Assembly (NCBI GenBank): GCA_023213395.1
Contig: CM041465.1
Span: 242,055,741-242,119,740 of the forward strand
Length of the DNA: 64,000 nucleotides
Direction of reading: 5' to 3'
From: Cycas panzhihuaensis
Taxonomy: Eukaryota; Plantae; Cycadophyta
Shown here: one piece after another, positions 27,545 to 42,100 of the stretch
Layout of the letters: each line of letters opens with the position of its first letter
Position numbering within the stretch: position 1 is the first letter of the stretch
Notes under the pieces: generated by a model
Told to the model about the DNA's origin: nothing
The model's input: only the letters and a program-made list of their open reading frames with translations
Databases searched by the model: none
Made by a program: the position numbers and the translations under genes

Positions 27545-27842
27545 TGAAAAGGGTTAATGTCATAAGGTCATTACATTAGTTGATTATTTCTAAAAAGGGT
27601 CTTAAGTAAACTTTAAATTAGATCACTTAAGTGAAATACACTTTCATGTGCATTATGTGTAATTTCATTTCACCTAAATCTAATGCTTCCTCTCTCAATA
27701 TAAAAGTAAAAGCTCAATGGAGGAGATTCATTCTTACCTCCCCATTTTGTGAGAGCTACTTTCTTTCTCTCAAGTCTCTCTTGCTCCCATGTTTGCCTTT
27801 GTGTTTAGTATATGGAGATGAAGGATAGATCCACTCTTTTCA
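27545..27842 (+). repeat. 5' LTR of copia B (298 bp)
   Basis: TGAAAAG...CTTTTCA inverted termini; direct repeat of 34877-35174. Confidence 0.95.
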
Positions 27843-29898
27843 TGTGTTATCAGAGCTTACTTCCTTTATATTCCTCACTTACACTTGTAATGGATCCATC
27901 ACTTCCTTCTCCCCCACAATCCATGTGGTGAAGGAGATTATGAAAGTGAATTTAGAAATATTTTCAAGTTATTATGATAGCATATTTTGTATTATTTACT
28001 TTCCATTTATCTTTTACAGGTTTGGAAGCATAATATAAGGAGTTTAAGGCCCAAGGATTCCAATCCTTTGATGGTCATTCATGCTATCTCATTCTTCTTT
28101 TTCTTTCCCCTCTTTTTGTCCATTTAACAAGGGGAAATGCTATCGAAAATTTTCCAACATTTAGAAGAATGATTGTAAGGGGAGGTTTTACCATCTTTTT
28201 TAAAGAATTTCAAGCCATTTAAAATATCCATCATTGTATTCTCTCACCTTGCCCATATTGGGGTCCTGGTGATAAAAAAATAATGGAAATTTCATATGCT
28301 ATCATGTGTTAATGAGATATTAGCAAGCTGAAATTTCTGCAGAAATATAATTTGATTGCTGAACTTCATAGGTATGCAAAATCTTCTACATAGCTCCAAT
28401 TGATGTGATCCTAATTGTCAATGATGAGGCTATGAGTTTGCTTTATATCACAAAAATTAGCACTCAATTTGGATGTCGTATGAGGAAGTTATTGCTATTT
28501 TAGTGAACAATAATTATTTTTAGTAAGAATTTTGGAAAAATATAATTTCCTAACTTTGTGGGGCTGCCAAGAACTTTCTAGAACTTATTTAGACCTGATT
28601 CCACTTCCTGAAGATGAAGCTCTAAGTCTAGTTTGCAGCTCAAAAATTGGCATTCCATTTTGACATCATGGGAGAAATTTATTACTAATTTAGTGAAGAC
28701 TACTTTCTTTTGTATTAAAAAAAAAAAAGAAGTGAAGAAAATTTCTTCCTTCTTTTTATAAGTCTTAAAATCCCATTGTAAAAGTGAGAAAAAAAACACC
28801 TGGATCAAAGCAATATCCAATGTCTTCTCTCACTTATTATCATTGCATTTCAACACTCTAAAATCACTCAAAGTAAGCACTCTAAATACACTTCAAGTAA
28901 ACACTCCAAGCAAGCACTCCAAAAGCACTCCAAGCAAGCATTCTATTTTCAGTTAAATGCACATTTGATGCAATCTGATAATCTTTTCACTCTTCCTAAA
29001 AGGAACGCATCATGTATGTTATTTTCTACCATCTTGTACCTATTCACATACTTTCCAAGATTGAGATACCTTGGTTGGCAGAATGCCATGCCATAAAGGA
29101 GGTGTGGGTTTCAAGTTGGGACTAGACTAATCCGAAATATTGGTGAGGTTTGGTTAGCCATATCATCGTGCCTCAATCAGGGATCATCCTGATAACCAAC
29201 TAGGAAAACTGAAACTTGAATATCAGATAAAAATATACCCAATCTAATATCTATCATAGCCATACGTATGCACGTACCACTCTTTACAAGAGGTATATAG
29301 CTACTCATTGGTAAACTAGGTGAGGATTGGGAGTACCTATGCTCCGTTGTGACTTGGATTTCATCACTAAGAACAATTGCGGGTATCACGAATAAAGGCC
29401 AAATTAATTCTACTAAAAGTCTAGGCATCCCTTCAACAACCTCAACTATATGTTGGACATAAGTTAGAGGTTATTGGGTTAATTATGCATCCTACATTTG
29501 AGTTTCAAGTTGTGTAAACCCAATGATGTCAGTTTCTACATTGACCTATAATCTTGTATATTGATCACTTACTTATTTGTAAAAAGTGATCCATAGTATA
29601 ACCACAATCATAGTGCTTCTCATATTCCTGTTGCATCAAGTTCATATTTGACACAAGTGTTAGTAGCTAATTTTTATTATAGTGCTTATCATATTCCTGC
29701 TGTGTCAGGCTAATATTTGTCACAAGTGTTGGTGACTTTTCTCTAAGTTGCTCCCTTCATCTTTGAGCAACTATTTTCACTTCATCTTCCTTCTACTACA
29801 CTATTTCATTACATTTCTTATTTATAAATAGTGATTGTTCATTTATTGCCATCACTTTTATAGTCTCTTGTTCATTTCTTCCCTTCTAAAAAGTCACC

Positions 29899-32800
29899 AT
29901 GTCTTCACAGTTTAAGCAAAATGTGAACTGCATTCTAAAAAGGAAAGAAAATTAGGACATGTGGTTCACTGGTGTCAGAAATACTATAAAGTATGAAGGT
30001 CTATGGAGAGATCACTTGTAACCTACACCATCTGTTGTAGCTATAGCTACCTACAGGAGGTGCTCCAACTGCTCCCACTGAAGTTGTAGCTAAACAGTAA
30101 TGGGAACTTGATGATGATAAAATCCATGCAGGGATACTACTTGTCACTGATTATTCACTGCATTATCTTATTGATGAAGCTATACATAATATAACATAGA
30201 AAGTTCTTAAAGTTTTTAATAAGAACTTTGACACTAAATAAGACTTAGAATTTGTTCACTTAATGCTAAAGATGAACAAATTAAAAATGCAGAAAGGACA
30301 CACATATGAGACAATCAATCTCCTTCATCCAATTAAGCAAGCCATTGATAAAGATTTTAAAACTCAATGCATTACATGGGATTTCTTAATTTAGTCATGT
30401 CTCCATATCCTAGATTATAAAAATCTATTAGGAAGTCTTTAATCTAGTGGCACTTTGAAGACCCTAAACTTTGAGGCTCTTGCTGATAAGTTCATTGAAT
30501 TTGATAAGACCTTTGATACCAACTTTTCCACTATATCAGATCTAGTTGATGCTGCTTTTGAAGTGGAAGAAGATCTTTGTTATATCAAAAATCAAGGTTA
30601 ATACTCTCTTAGAGGTGGTAATTCTCGTGGAAGGGGAAGAGGTAGACAACAAAGACAATGCCTTCTTAGTCAACAGGCTCCTCAACTCCAACAAAAATAG
30701 TCTCAAGGCCAAGGCTAAAATAATCAACCTGGACCTAGATCCAGTAATGAGAGATAATACAACTAGCCTAATACTTGGACTGGAAATCAAACATTTGTGT
30801 ACCAAAGATGTAATAGAAAAGGATATTATGCTAAAAATTATAGAACTACCACTAATAAACTACCATGTTATCAATAGCGCCATATTACATATAATGTTGA
30901 TAATACTTCTTTTGAAGATGCTTTTGGTGGAACATAATTTGCTCATGAATACCTTTAAAGAATTGGGACCACTTCATCAAATGTTATTGATAGATCCATT
31001 AAGTATATTGAGGCTCATTGTGGCTATGCTTATTAACTTTTTCCTTCACCACTTGGAGTTGCAAATAGTGCCACCTCAAATACTTCATCGTGTATGGATA
31101 CTGGAGAAACACAACACATGACTTATCATTGCCAGTTCTTTTAGGATTTTGAATTTGAAGTTCGTGGTGTTATATACATGGCTGACAAATTATCTCAGCT
31201 AGTCGAAGGACTTGAAATTGTTTACCTGAAACTCCCAGGCCTTCCATATTTTACACTTGTTGATGTTTTATATATTCCTGCTCTAAAGTAGAATCTGCTC
31301 TCCCTGTCTACCTTGTCTCTCGTGGATTTGATCTGAGTGTAACTGCAAACAATCAAACTCTCTATGTCATTCACCCTCCTTCAAATGTTGTGGTTATGAC
31401 CATAATTCTTGATGGAAAACGTTTTTGCCTAACTATCTCACCATCCTCTAAAGCCAACTATGTTGATGATGACTCTACTTTTACCAAAACCTTGACTCCT
31501 CAAAAGTTATCCCAAGTAGCCCTATGGCATGCTCATATGGGCCATATAAAAAATCATTATTTAAGAGAACTACAATCCACTCTTCCTAGTTTACCTAGGC
31601 TCTCCTCTAAGCCCTTTAAATAGGAAGCATATATTATTGCCAAATCTCAAAGACAACCCTTTCCTCATAGTCAGTGGAAATCTTGCCAACCTTTGCAACT
31701 TGTGCACTCAGATATATGCAGTCCTATTCCCATCCCTTCTCTTAAACATAAGTGGTACTATATTACTTTCATTGATGATTTTACCAAGAAAGTATGGGTT
31801 ACTTTTATTGCAAAGAAAGATGAAGTTTTTTTTATGTTTCAAGCTTTCAAGGCCCACATGGAAAATGAATCTAGATTCAAGATCAAAATACTCAAGACTG
31901 ATAATGGTGGTGAGTACACATCCAATGAGTTTGAATTGTACCTATGTCAACATGGAATCAAACAATAGACCACTGTTATAGGTACACCCCAGCAAAATAG
32001 AGTTGCCTGGCATATGAATAGGACCATCATGAATATGGCTCATGCTATGCTTATATATAAGAATGTCCCTATCTATATTTAGGCCGAGGTTATCTAGACT
32101 ATTGTATATTGCATCAACACTATTAATCCCTCTAAGCTTAGCCCCTCTCCACATGAAATGTAATATGGACAAACCCCCTCTATCTCCCACTTCAAAATTT
32201 TTGGCTCTACTTATTATGCTCATATTCTAGAGGAACATAGAAATAAGTTCCAAGATAGAACCATCAAAGGCATCTTTGTCAGATACCCTATGGATAAAAA
32301 GGGATACAAGGTTTTCATACCTTCACAGTGAAAAATCATCATCACTAGAAATGTTATCTTTGCAGAGACTGAAGATCAATTACTCAGACTTGACTCCAAG
32401 ATGCCTTCATATCGATTTAATGATGCTACTGAATTTAATGTCCAGATTCCAAAATTTAGGGAGGGAGATGCTGAACAGTTGCTCAAAATCTTGGAATCTG
32501 ATAATAGAGCCTCGGAGGATACAAGCTGTGACTCCTAACATATGTGTATACATCCAGCACCGTCATTTGTGAACAACCAAGTTGACAAAGGCAAAGCCAT
32601 AGTAGAAGGATCATCTTCTCCAACATCTATGGCTGGCCCATCTTCTCCAGCATCATCAACTTCGTCCATGCCAAATATTTCACATGATCTTTTTCAGGAT
32701 CAAAACAAAGACCAAGAGGCTGTGGAAATGAAAACCTCATTGCCAACTCAAGTTTTTAGTGAAGCCTACCAGCTACACAAGGATATGTGACCAGATAAGA

Positions 32801-34443
32801 TAGGCAAAACTGGCACTAGAAGTGCCCATAGAGCAAGGATACATAAATCACTTTCTGTTGAGCTTGAACCAATAGAACTACACCTTACTCTTAATGAAAA
32901 GCCCCTAATGTACCAAGAAGCTATAAAGTATGCATCTTAGAGAAATGCCATAAATGAAAAGCACCAATCTCTTATTAAGAATAGTACATGGGAGCTTGTT
33001 GATCTATCACTTAGAAGAAAAGTAGTTTAAAATAAATGGGTGTTTAAAAATAAGTACAGATCAGATGGAACCCTAGAAAAACACAAGGTGAGGTTGGTAG
33101 CAAAAGGAGTCATGCAAAGGGAAGGCATCAACTACACTGAAATCTTTGCTCCTACAACCAAGTGGCCTACAATCAAAACTCTTATAGCCTTGGCTACTCA
33201 ACAGGGTTGGAAAATCCACCAACTCAATGTTAAGACTGCATTTCTCAATGGGGACCTTAAAGAAGAAATTTACATGGCTCAACTAGAAGTATACGAGATT
33301 GTCAGTTAGGAGAATAAGGTTTGCAGGCTCAAAAAGTCCTTGAATGGTCTAAAGCAAGCCCTTCGTGCTTGGTTTACCAAGTTGTCTAAAAGAATGAGGC
33401 AACTTGGATATGAGGTTTGTGACTATCAAGATATTGATGCAACATTATTCATCAAGCACCAAAATGATAAAGTCACCTACCTCTTAATCTTTGTAGATGA
33501 TATGCTAATAATCAGGAATAATGAATAGGTAATCAGTTAGTTGAAGAAGGACCTTGCTAAAACTTTTAAATTATTTGACCTTGGGTTAATGAAATATTAC
33601 TTGAGAATTGAAGTAACTCAAAAGAATGGCAAAATCTTTCTCTCTCAAGAAAAATATATCAACGATCTTCTAACAAAGTTTAAGTTGGAAGGTGCTTGAC
33701 TAGTGGATACACATATGGAGCCTAATATTAAACTCTCAGCTAATGGTGACATTAGGGAGGCAGACACAATACTTTATAGGCAACTTGTAGGTAGTCTCAT
33801 CTATACTACCAACATAAGGCTGGATATTACATACTCTATCAACATTCTTGTAAGATTCATAATAAATCCTAAGTAGAATCATTGGTAAATTGTAATATAA
33901 GTGTTAAGGTACCTAAAGATGACCAACAAATATGGTCTATTATATGAACCCAATGCAGAATTTAAACTTCATGCATATATAGACTCAAACTTTTCTAGAG
34001 ATAAAGACACAAGAAGATCTATGTCTAGGTATGTAACATTTCTAAGAATAGCACCAATATCATAGAGATCCAAATAGTAGAAGATAGTTGCAGACTCAAC
34101 TGTCAAAGTTGAGTATATTGTTGCTTCTAAGACAAGCAAGGGGGTGATATGGCTTAGAAAATTATTGAATATATTAAATGCCACCCAAATAAGTTCTACT
34201 AGCTTACATGTAGATAATTAATCTATAATCTAGGTGGATAAAAATCCTATATTTCATGATTGTACCAAACATATAAGTATGAAAGTCCACAGGATTAGAG
34301 AACCAATTCATGATGGCACAATTCAACTAGAGTACTATCCCATAATAGATCAAGTGGTTGATATCTTCACCAAACCACTGAAGAGGGTGAAGTTTGAATA
34401 GTTTTGAAAGCAACTTAGCCTTAGGGCCTCCATCTCTAACTAA
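29899..34443 (+). pseudogene. Copia B gag-pol, degenerate
   Basis: MSSQF start, PR MDTGETQHMT at about 31095, INT LVHSDICSP and KTDNGGEY, RT KVRLVAKG...LNVKTAFLNG...IFVDDML, RH TKHI...DQVVDIFTKPL. Confidence 0.92.
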
Positions 34444-34876
34444 TTGAAGGAGATGACAATAGGACCATCATACTCTATCTCATTCGTGAAAACCCCTTGT
34501 GGGCACAGAAGGACAAGAGTAAGTATCTGCTCTATCCCATTCATGAAAACCCCTTGTGGGCGCGAAAGGATAAGGGTTGTATCATTTTGGAAAATTGAAA
34601 CCTGTGAAAACTTGAAAGGGAATGGGGGATGACCAAATGGTATATGGAGACTTAGTAGATTTTAGCTACAAAATTTATTATACTGATTAGCTATCTAGCT
34701 TTATTTAAAGAGCTACCTAAGCCAGGTTAGTAGATTAGAAAATTTGTGGGTTTTCTTCCCCATGAGGGTTTCCAACAAAAGTGTCATAGTAGTTTGCTTT
34801 GTAAGAGGCTTAAATGAAGACCTCATGGGATAGAATAAAATAGGATGAAATGACCTTCTATGATTAAGGAGGGGAT

Positions 34877-35174
34877 TGAAAAGGATTAGTGTCATAAGCT
34901 TATTACATTAGTTGATTATTTCTAAAAAGGATCTTAAGTGAACTTTAAGTTAGATCACTTAAGTAAAATGCACTTTTATGTGAATTATGTGTAATTTCAT
35001 TTTACCTAACTTTAATTCTCCCTCTCTCAATATAAAAGTAAAATCTCAATGGAGGAGATTCATTCTTACCTCCCCATTTTATGAGAGCTACTTTCTTTCT
35101 CTCAAGTCTCTCTTGCTCCCATGTTTGCCTTTGTGTTTAATGCATGGAGATGAAGGATAAATCCACTCTTTTCA
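34877..35174 (+). repeat. 3' LTR of copia B
   Basis: Direct repeat of 27545-27842. Confidence 0.95.
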
Positions 35175-35629
35175 GGGGCATGTCTCTACACTCACATTTG
35201 GTTCCTTTGCTAGGAGGAAACTCTATCTATTTTTTAGTGTAAGTTTCCACCTAGAGAAGGCTTCTTGATATAGATCCTATCCCCTCTTGATGCTCCTAGG
35301 GTATTCATACTAATTTTTGCTCTCTTATCTATTTGGGTTGCTATTTTTCCTTCTAAGGGAAATGTGATATCCTTGCCTAAGGACCACACGAGATTACCTA
35401 ATATACTAGGTGATCATATGTACCTTATATGAGTTCCATACCATTTAAAGAAGATATTAAAGAAAAAATATATAACATAATAAGATCTATGTATTTGTGC
35501 ATCCATACATCCATAACCATCAAAACAAATCAATAATTTATATCAAAATGGGATACTAATATAGTCCCCACCTCTATATATATACATAATCATCTATAAT
35601 AGTACAAAATATGGTGGAATAATATGTCC

Positions 35630-37563
35630 TAGGAAGCTAAAATCCTTGCAAAGAGGGATGTACAATTGCATATATGTGAGGTGTAGAACCCCCTAGAGGT
35701 CTAAGGCTTTCCTCTCATAAAAACTATGATACAGGAGTCTATGGGATGGGTTATACTCATGGTAAATCTTCCTCAGGTCACCTTACTCTCTCACTCAAGG
35801 ACTAGGCTCCCCCTACATCTATATGAGGTCTTGGCCTTATTCTCTTTATCCCTTAGTCTCCTTTGGGATGGCATGGCTATGTGGGTGTGGGTGCCTGATG
35901 ACCTAGCTAACATCTAGTCAACTAGTCAATCGTATCACATCTAAAGTTGATCTCACTCTCTTTAGATCTCTGAAAGATGCCCCTAAGCCTCCCTAAGCTC
36001 TATCTTCATGACTATAATCCTCACCGTGGCTCTTGGATCTGGCTCCCTATCACCTACGTAGACCTCCAACTCCTGCACCTGAGCTCATAACTAGTCCCTC
36101 TCCCTCTAGAGTTGATCTCTCTCCCCCTACAGGTGATCCTCCTTCATCTAACACTCTTGGGCCTCTATATCCCAAATATCTCTAACTCAGATGATAGGGG
36201 TAAAAGCTACTATATGGGGGCTTGTTGAGCCTAACACTTCATTGTTTATGATGGGAGGTTGCCCCTCCTTATACACTTATAGGAAGAGCTTGGTTATAGC
36301 TCTCTTGATTAATTCCCCTATGCCCTCTCCACCTAGTAATCATGCAAGTCCATGTGTTAATATGGAATATTAATAAAATCCATAAACATAAATGATAACA
36401 TCATAAAGACCTTAATCAAATAACTAAATCAAAATATATAGCTAGGAAAAGAGAGAGAGCTCATCTCTAGGAGAAATTGGCACCTTTACAGTTATTGCCT
36501 CCTCAACTCCCAACTCCTCAAATCCTAGCTTCTCATTTCTTAGAGTAGTTGGTACCTCCACGGCCTCTGCCTCCTTTGCTCTAAGGATCTCTACTCCCAC
36601 TATAGCTATAGTTGCCTCTCCTACAATAGTCAATGCTACCTCTTCCTTTGGATTAATAGCAGTAGGTCCCTGATCCTTGTCCTCTCCTGACTCCACTATT
36701 GGGACCCCTATAATCTCTTTGTCCTCTACATCACAATCCTAATGCATAGTGTGATATAGTTGGCTCATGTAGTCATCTACTATGAATAGGTCTATTAATG
36801 TAGCTACCATAAATCTCCTAATTTGAGCTAGTTCTCTAATGCCTCTAAAATATAATGGCCATTAATGGATGAGAGGAGTACTATGTGGTATCATATGTGG
36901 CCCTGTTGCTAGTCCCACTCCATTGAATTAGTAAAAAAACTAACACTATAGTGGGGATTTGTATGAGAGTTCTCCCCATCTTACCACCCATATTTGGTTG
37001 AGTGGAGATGTGATATTGGCTACTATCAAAGTGGCCTAATCAAATCTTTCTCTTACCTCACATTGTCTAATGTTATCCATCTATCCTCTGGGCATATACC
37101 TATAGTTCTATTTTTAGGAAATCTAGAACATAATGGAAAAAATGATCATCTTCCTTACATAAGAAATCCCAAACATCACTATGGTCCTCAATGAAAGCCC
37201 TTTTCAATCCTAATAACCCTTACCATAAAAATATCTGGCTGCCTCCCTATGTATTATATCCATGTTGGGTAAAGTCCCTAGCACCACTAGTGCTCCACTA
37301 GTAGGTACTCCCATGATCCTTTGGATGTCAGTTGGGGTAATGGTGATATATCCTACCAGTAGGAAATGGAAAACATACCTATGCCAATCCCAATAAGAAA
37401 TAATATCAACTAATAGTGTCTGATCTAAGCCATACTATGGTGTGCAGACTATCTTGATCAAGCCATAATATATTAGTGTCACCTTATCATGGCAATTCAT
37501 CAGCTCTGTGAATCTTATCATCAACAAACTAATGTTATCATAGTTTTCCACCACTATGATAGG
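35630..37563 (-). pseudogene. Antisense PMD gene of T-B, degenerate; ends approximate
   Basis: 37428-37303 (minus) translates LDQTLLVDIISYWDWHRYVFHFLLVGYITITPTDIQRIMGVP. Colinear with 4890-6940. Confidence 0.78.
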
Positions 37564-38735
37564 CTAAAAGACACCAACAAACATTACCGGCTATCCACCT
37601 ACCTCCTTGCAAGGCCAAAGGTCCTCTCAACTAATCAAAATAATCATCAAAATCTGATCAAATCTAAATTTTTTTATAAATTCCTTATATCTATCTTTTC
37701 CCCACTAATATATTCACAACATTGGGAATATATTAGCGGGCCTTGCAGGTCCTTGCTATGCCCCATAGGGATATCTATAGTACCATAGATTCCTCCACCA
37801 AAAATAATAAATAAACAAATAAATAAAGATGGATAATACTTAGTCCATTAGGATTAGGGCCTCCTAGAACCCTAGTCTAGCCTCTTATAGACCCTCAATT
37901 AGGTCCCTTAGGCCTCATAATAATCCTAATAGGCATTACCCAACTAAATAAAAGATATTAATGAAAAATGTAAATAAAAATGTCATGGTTAAGATCTAAG
38001 TACTCGATTTGGCCTGACTACTACCATTTCTGAGTTGTGGTCTCAACGACTACCTCTACACGATGATCCAATGACTGGATCTCCTCCACCAAGCTTATCT
38101 TGGAATGGTAAATCAAGGGTAGTGGGTAGTTCTCTATCCATATCATACAAAGAAGCATAAAAATGAATTCCATTTTTACCCTCATTTCCTTTTTATTCAT
38201 GGGACTCCATGAGGCCCCACGACCTTTTTCCATTTTGATAAAATTATTGGGACCACCTTCTTGAGCTCATTCCTAGTCCCTTCAAGGTCCTAACCCTTTA
38301 AGTGTCTTAGATGCCAATTTTTCTATGCTTTTTCATCATTTATTTCACCCCTTTTGTGTCCTTTTAGAGTCTATTTTGGGCCTATTTTTTGGTCGCTCAA
38401 AACCTTATCCATGTTTATAGTCCATGGACTCATTTTGGCAAGCTAACTTCATTTTTCACATTTGTTTTGGCCCATTTTACTCCCAATGGGATCCAGTCGC
38501 TAGGTTGAGCTCTTAGTTGGCCCCATATGAACCTTAGATCCTTAACATTAAGCCCATTCTCATATTTACTCCTTCCCTTTCATAGGGTAGGTGCTTTGCA
38601 AGCTTAGCAGCTTGGCTATATGTCTCTCCTATCCTCTTATAGTTGGTTGTTTGAGTAATTGCGATCATTAGGACTCTTTGTTCTTTATTTAGCACCTCTC
38701 TTCTTTTCATTAAGATTTGTATTATTATCCTAATT

Positions 38736-39155
38736 ATGGAACTACTCATCTACATAGTTGGTGGTAGTCATGGTAACTGGGGACCCTTTGTTATAGCTTA
38801 GATTATTTCTAATCCCTCTAGGCATGATTTTATGTGTTTTGGTATTTATCTGCCTGAGGCCATGAACAACGAAGTATAATATATGGTTATTATTAAAGCC
38901 TTAACTGATGAACTTCATTTCCATCATGGTCCCATCATTCTATATTATAATTAGATTAGAGTGTCTTCGTTGACCCAAATCTATTAGGTCCTCTACCCTC
39001 GGTTGAGATCCCTTGCTTCAACTACCAGCTCCTTGTTGTCTTACTTCTCCTCGATTAATATTTGATACATCCCTCATGATCAAAATATTAATATTGATAG
39101 TCTAGTTCACCTTATTCTTGAGTGTCATATCTAGATTTTAGATGACTCCTTATAG
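38736..39155 (+). pseudogene. Stand-alone RNase HI (aRH) ORF of T-B
   Basis: MELLIYIVGGSHGNWGP...AMNNEV*YMVIIKAL...HHGPIILYY...IPHDQNINIDSL. Same ATG and stop positions as 8201-8623. Confidence 0.85.
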
Positions 39156-42100
39156 GCTTGGTAAGTCACCCTTTAGAAACCCTTTGATGGTAATATCTCT
39201 ACCTAACCTCTACTCCTTCTTTACCTCTGAATGGTGGCCACTAATGAGGATAAACTATGGTGACCAAAACCCTTCTCTATTTGGTTTTTATTCTATCTTA
39301 GAATGATGAGGTATCCCCTCATTCTCCTAAGTTATCTCTTTGGGTCTTGAACCCATCTCATATTCCAAGGTCATGCTACTTGTTTAGGTGTCCTACTAAG
39401 GGTATTCCCTGAGGCCGCCCTTTCTTTATCTTCAATTGCATGTGCTTTAGGTCTAAGGTCTCACACCTAGAGGTTTAATTGAGCCATGAACCTGTCTCCT
39501 CCCTTGACACATGCCCTCTATCCATGCATCCATTATAACACCTAGAGACCTCCTTAGTTACCTATACACTTGCTTACTAGTTATCACTACTATTAATGAC
39601 GTATGTGTTGACAGCATTCACCATCATCTAGTGCTCTAGAGTAATGTTTCTTGCTTGCTACAAATAGATCAAGATCTTATTTCACATGTAATTTTAGGTA
39701 TATATTCTCTCTTACATATTTTACTAGCTTTCCTTTATAGTCATTATTTTATATGATGTTTGTATGGTTACTTGAATTCTTGATTGATCTATTTGCATGG
39801 CTTGCCTATGTATGTTTTTAACTATGATGACCAAGACTCGAGTCCAATGGCATTATTGAGCCCCCATGGTAATCTCCTAGTTGACAAGAGGTACTCCTAT
39901 ATTGCATCTTTTCCTCCTTCTTCTTGCCTTGTCTATCACTTGATTTGTTTGGGGCAATCTATTGGGGATTTTGGTGGATGGATAAATCCCATCATCTACA
40001 TATTATGAGACTTCTTTATATTTTCATTAGGGTCCATTACCTAGTCTCAATCTATACTCTAGCACCTTGATTACCATCATTCTCATGAGGTTCTGATCCA
40101 ATTTGATGATTTTATCATGTATTTTTGCCAGTTGCTAGTGTATGAGATGGCCTAAGCCTAATTCCTAGGTACTTAGGGAGGAGTTCCAAGCTCTAGTAGT
40201 CAACCCCTCCTCTTGTTTCATTCATATTTATTAATATTTGCTATTTTTATAAATTTTTATAATTCTATTGTTACCCCACTAGGTTTTTTGCTTGCCCTAC
40301 TCTGATTGTTGTGCCCCACAAACATATTCATGGTGTGACTATTATGATTTTAAATAAGAATAACAATGTCTAAAATCACATTTATTGCACCCTTAATATG
40401 ATTCCTTACCTCAAGGCTAGCCCAGATTGAGGCCCAACGGTTGTGTGGAGTGTTTGAAACTTATAAAATTAAATTTGAACTCATTATTCATCATCATTCT
40501 CACATCTAGAGAGCTACTATCTTCTCTTTTTAAGCTTTCTTAAGATAGGATATGAAAAATTAGACTTTTAATAGGGAAAAGAAGGTAAAATAAAGATCTA
40601 AAAGGTAGTAGGACCTCCCCAATTTACAACTACAACTAAGGAGTCTATTCTCTCCATCTACAATCAATAATTTCATCCAAAAAGATCCCTTATAAGGACT
40701 ATAATGGCTTTTAATCACCAAAATCTCTTCACCTTTCACCATCATTTCTTCCTTCTAAGTGGGTAAGCTTCATTCATAGTTTGTTTCTAGTAAAATACTA
40801 TTATTTTACTTCCCTTTTCATCATTTTACTATATGTTTTTATTGCTTCTTTGGTTGATAAGCAACAATACATTTATTAGGTAGGTTTACCCTAAAAATCT
40901 TGAAGAAGCATCCTCTCATAGGTTGCAAAACCTTTCCAATTATTAGTGGAGGGCATGAATAGAATCTCAACTAGTTAGAGTGGTTTTGGGGAGGGGAAAT
41001 AGGTCCAAGTTCTGACTTTTGGATCCCTTTTCCATTGGGTAATCCCCTCCCAATACCATAAGGCATTCTATTTCATGGTACATGCACATCATTCACTAAT
41101 GCAATATTTTATAACCATTCTATGAGACAAACAACCCATACTCACCATTGAGATTTTATATCTCACTTCTACCTCAAATTTTTAGACTAAGAGACCCATA
41201 AAACTAGGTGATAACTTTTCCTATTTGGGAGATCATAGCTATATAGGAGGTCCATGCCATTCTGAGGCTTCACCCTCTCTTCCTTTTCCATTTTATTTTG
41301 CTTCTTACATGTTGAGATCTTGGAAAGGAAGGTAGAAGTATTTGGTTTCTTCATAACTAATAAAATATATTGGTAACATTTGTATAAGTATATTTATAGA
41401 GTATATGTTACTTGTGGGAAAGTTTTTTTTCTTTATCTTGTAGTTAGGAAGCTTTCTCATGCTTGCAAAGGGGTCTCAATCACAAGGTAATTTGATTTGA
41501 GTCTTAGCATCATAGTTGGTTTGTACTTCTGCTTTGTTGATCCTATGTTTTCCTTTCATTTTCTTTTGCAACTTTGTATTTGAGTTTAGGGAAGGTAAGG
41601 AAGCCCCTTCTTGCTCTTAATAACATTTGTAGTAATAAAGGAGCTTGCATCACCAGCAAGAGAGGAATATGGGAGGAAGTAACTATGAGATTGATATCAA
41701 ATGTTGCATATCAGTTGCACCCTTTCTAAACCCATCTTCCCTTGTTTGTTTCTTCCCAAATTTATTTATTGATAAATTGTAATCAAAGTGTAAGGGTTAA
41801 TTCACATATAGCACATTTTTGGTTTTCTTCAAAAAGAAAAGACATACATACATTTTTTCCCTCTTTCTCCCTTCATGAAAAGAGTATAGTAGGGAGGGAT
41901 CATTTCTTTTATTTGTGTATACATATTGTATATACAAGTAAAAACTACAACATTAAGTAAAAAGTGTTTTTTTCCTCTTCTTTTGGATTGATAGAAAAAA
42001 CATTGCATAAACTTCATTTCCTCTTTCTAATTTTGCATATATGTATGTATGTTGGAAAGAAATTAGGAAACATAGTGAATGTGTTCCTTTTTGCATAAAT

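Larger units (their letters stand above)
27545..35174 (+). mobile_element. Ty1/copia element B (7.6 kb, 2 kb leader), full length, degenerate
   Basis: LTRs 27545-27842 and 34877-35174, perfect TSD GGGGC, PBS TGTTATCAGAGC 27845-27856, PPT AAGGAGGGGA at 34866. Confidence 0.95.

Noticed and set aside
30546-31121. 191 aa plus-strand ORF
   Set aside because: Off-frame reading within copia B gag. The knuckle and protease motifs lie in other frames.
39225-39262. Hammerhead ribozyme reading of the recurrent motif (CTAAnGAG as decayed CUGAnGA)
   Set aside because: No copy retains CTGA at that position, the GAAA core is TAAA, and there is no room for stem II. Kept only as an unidentified motif.
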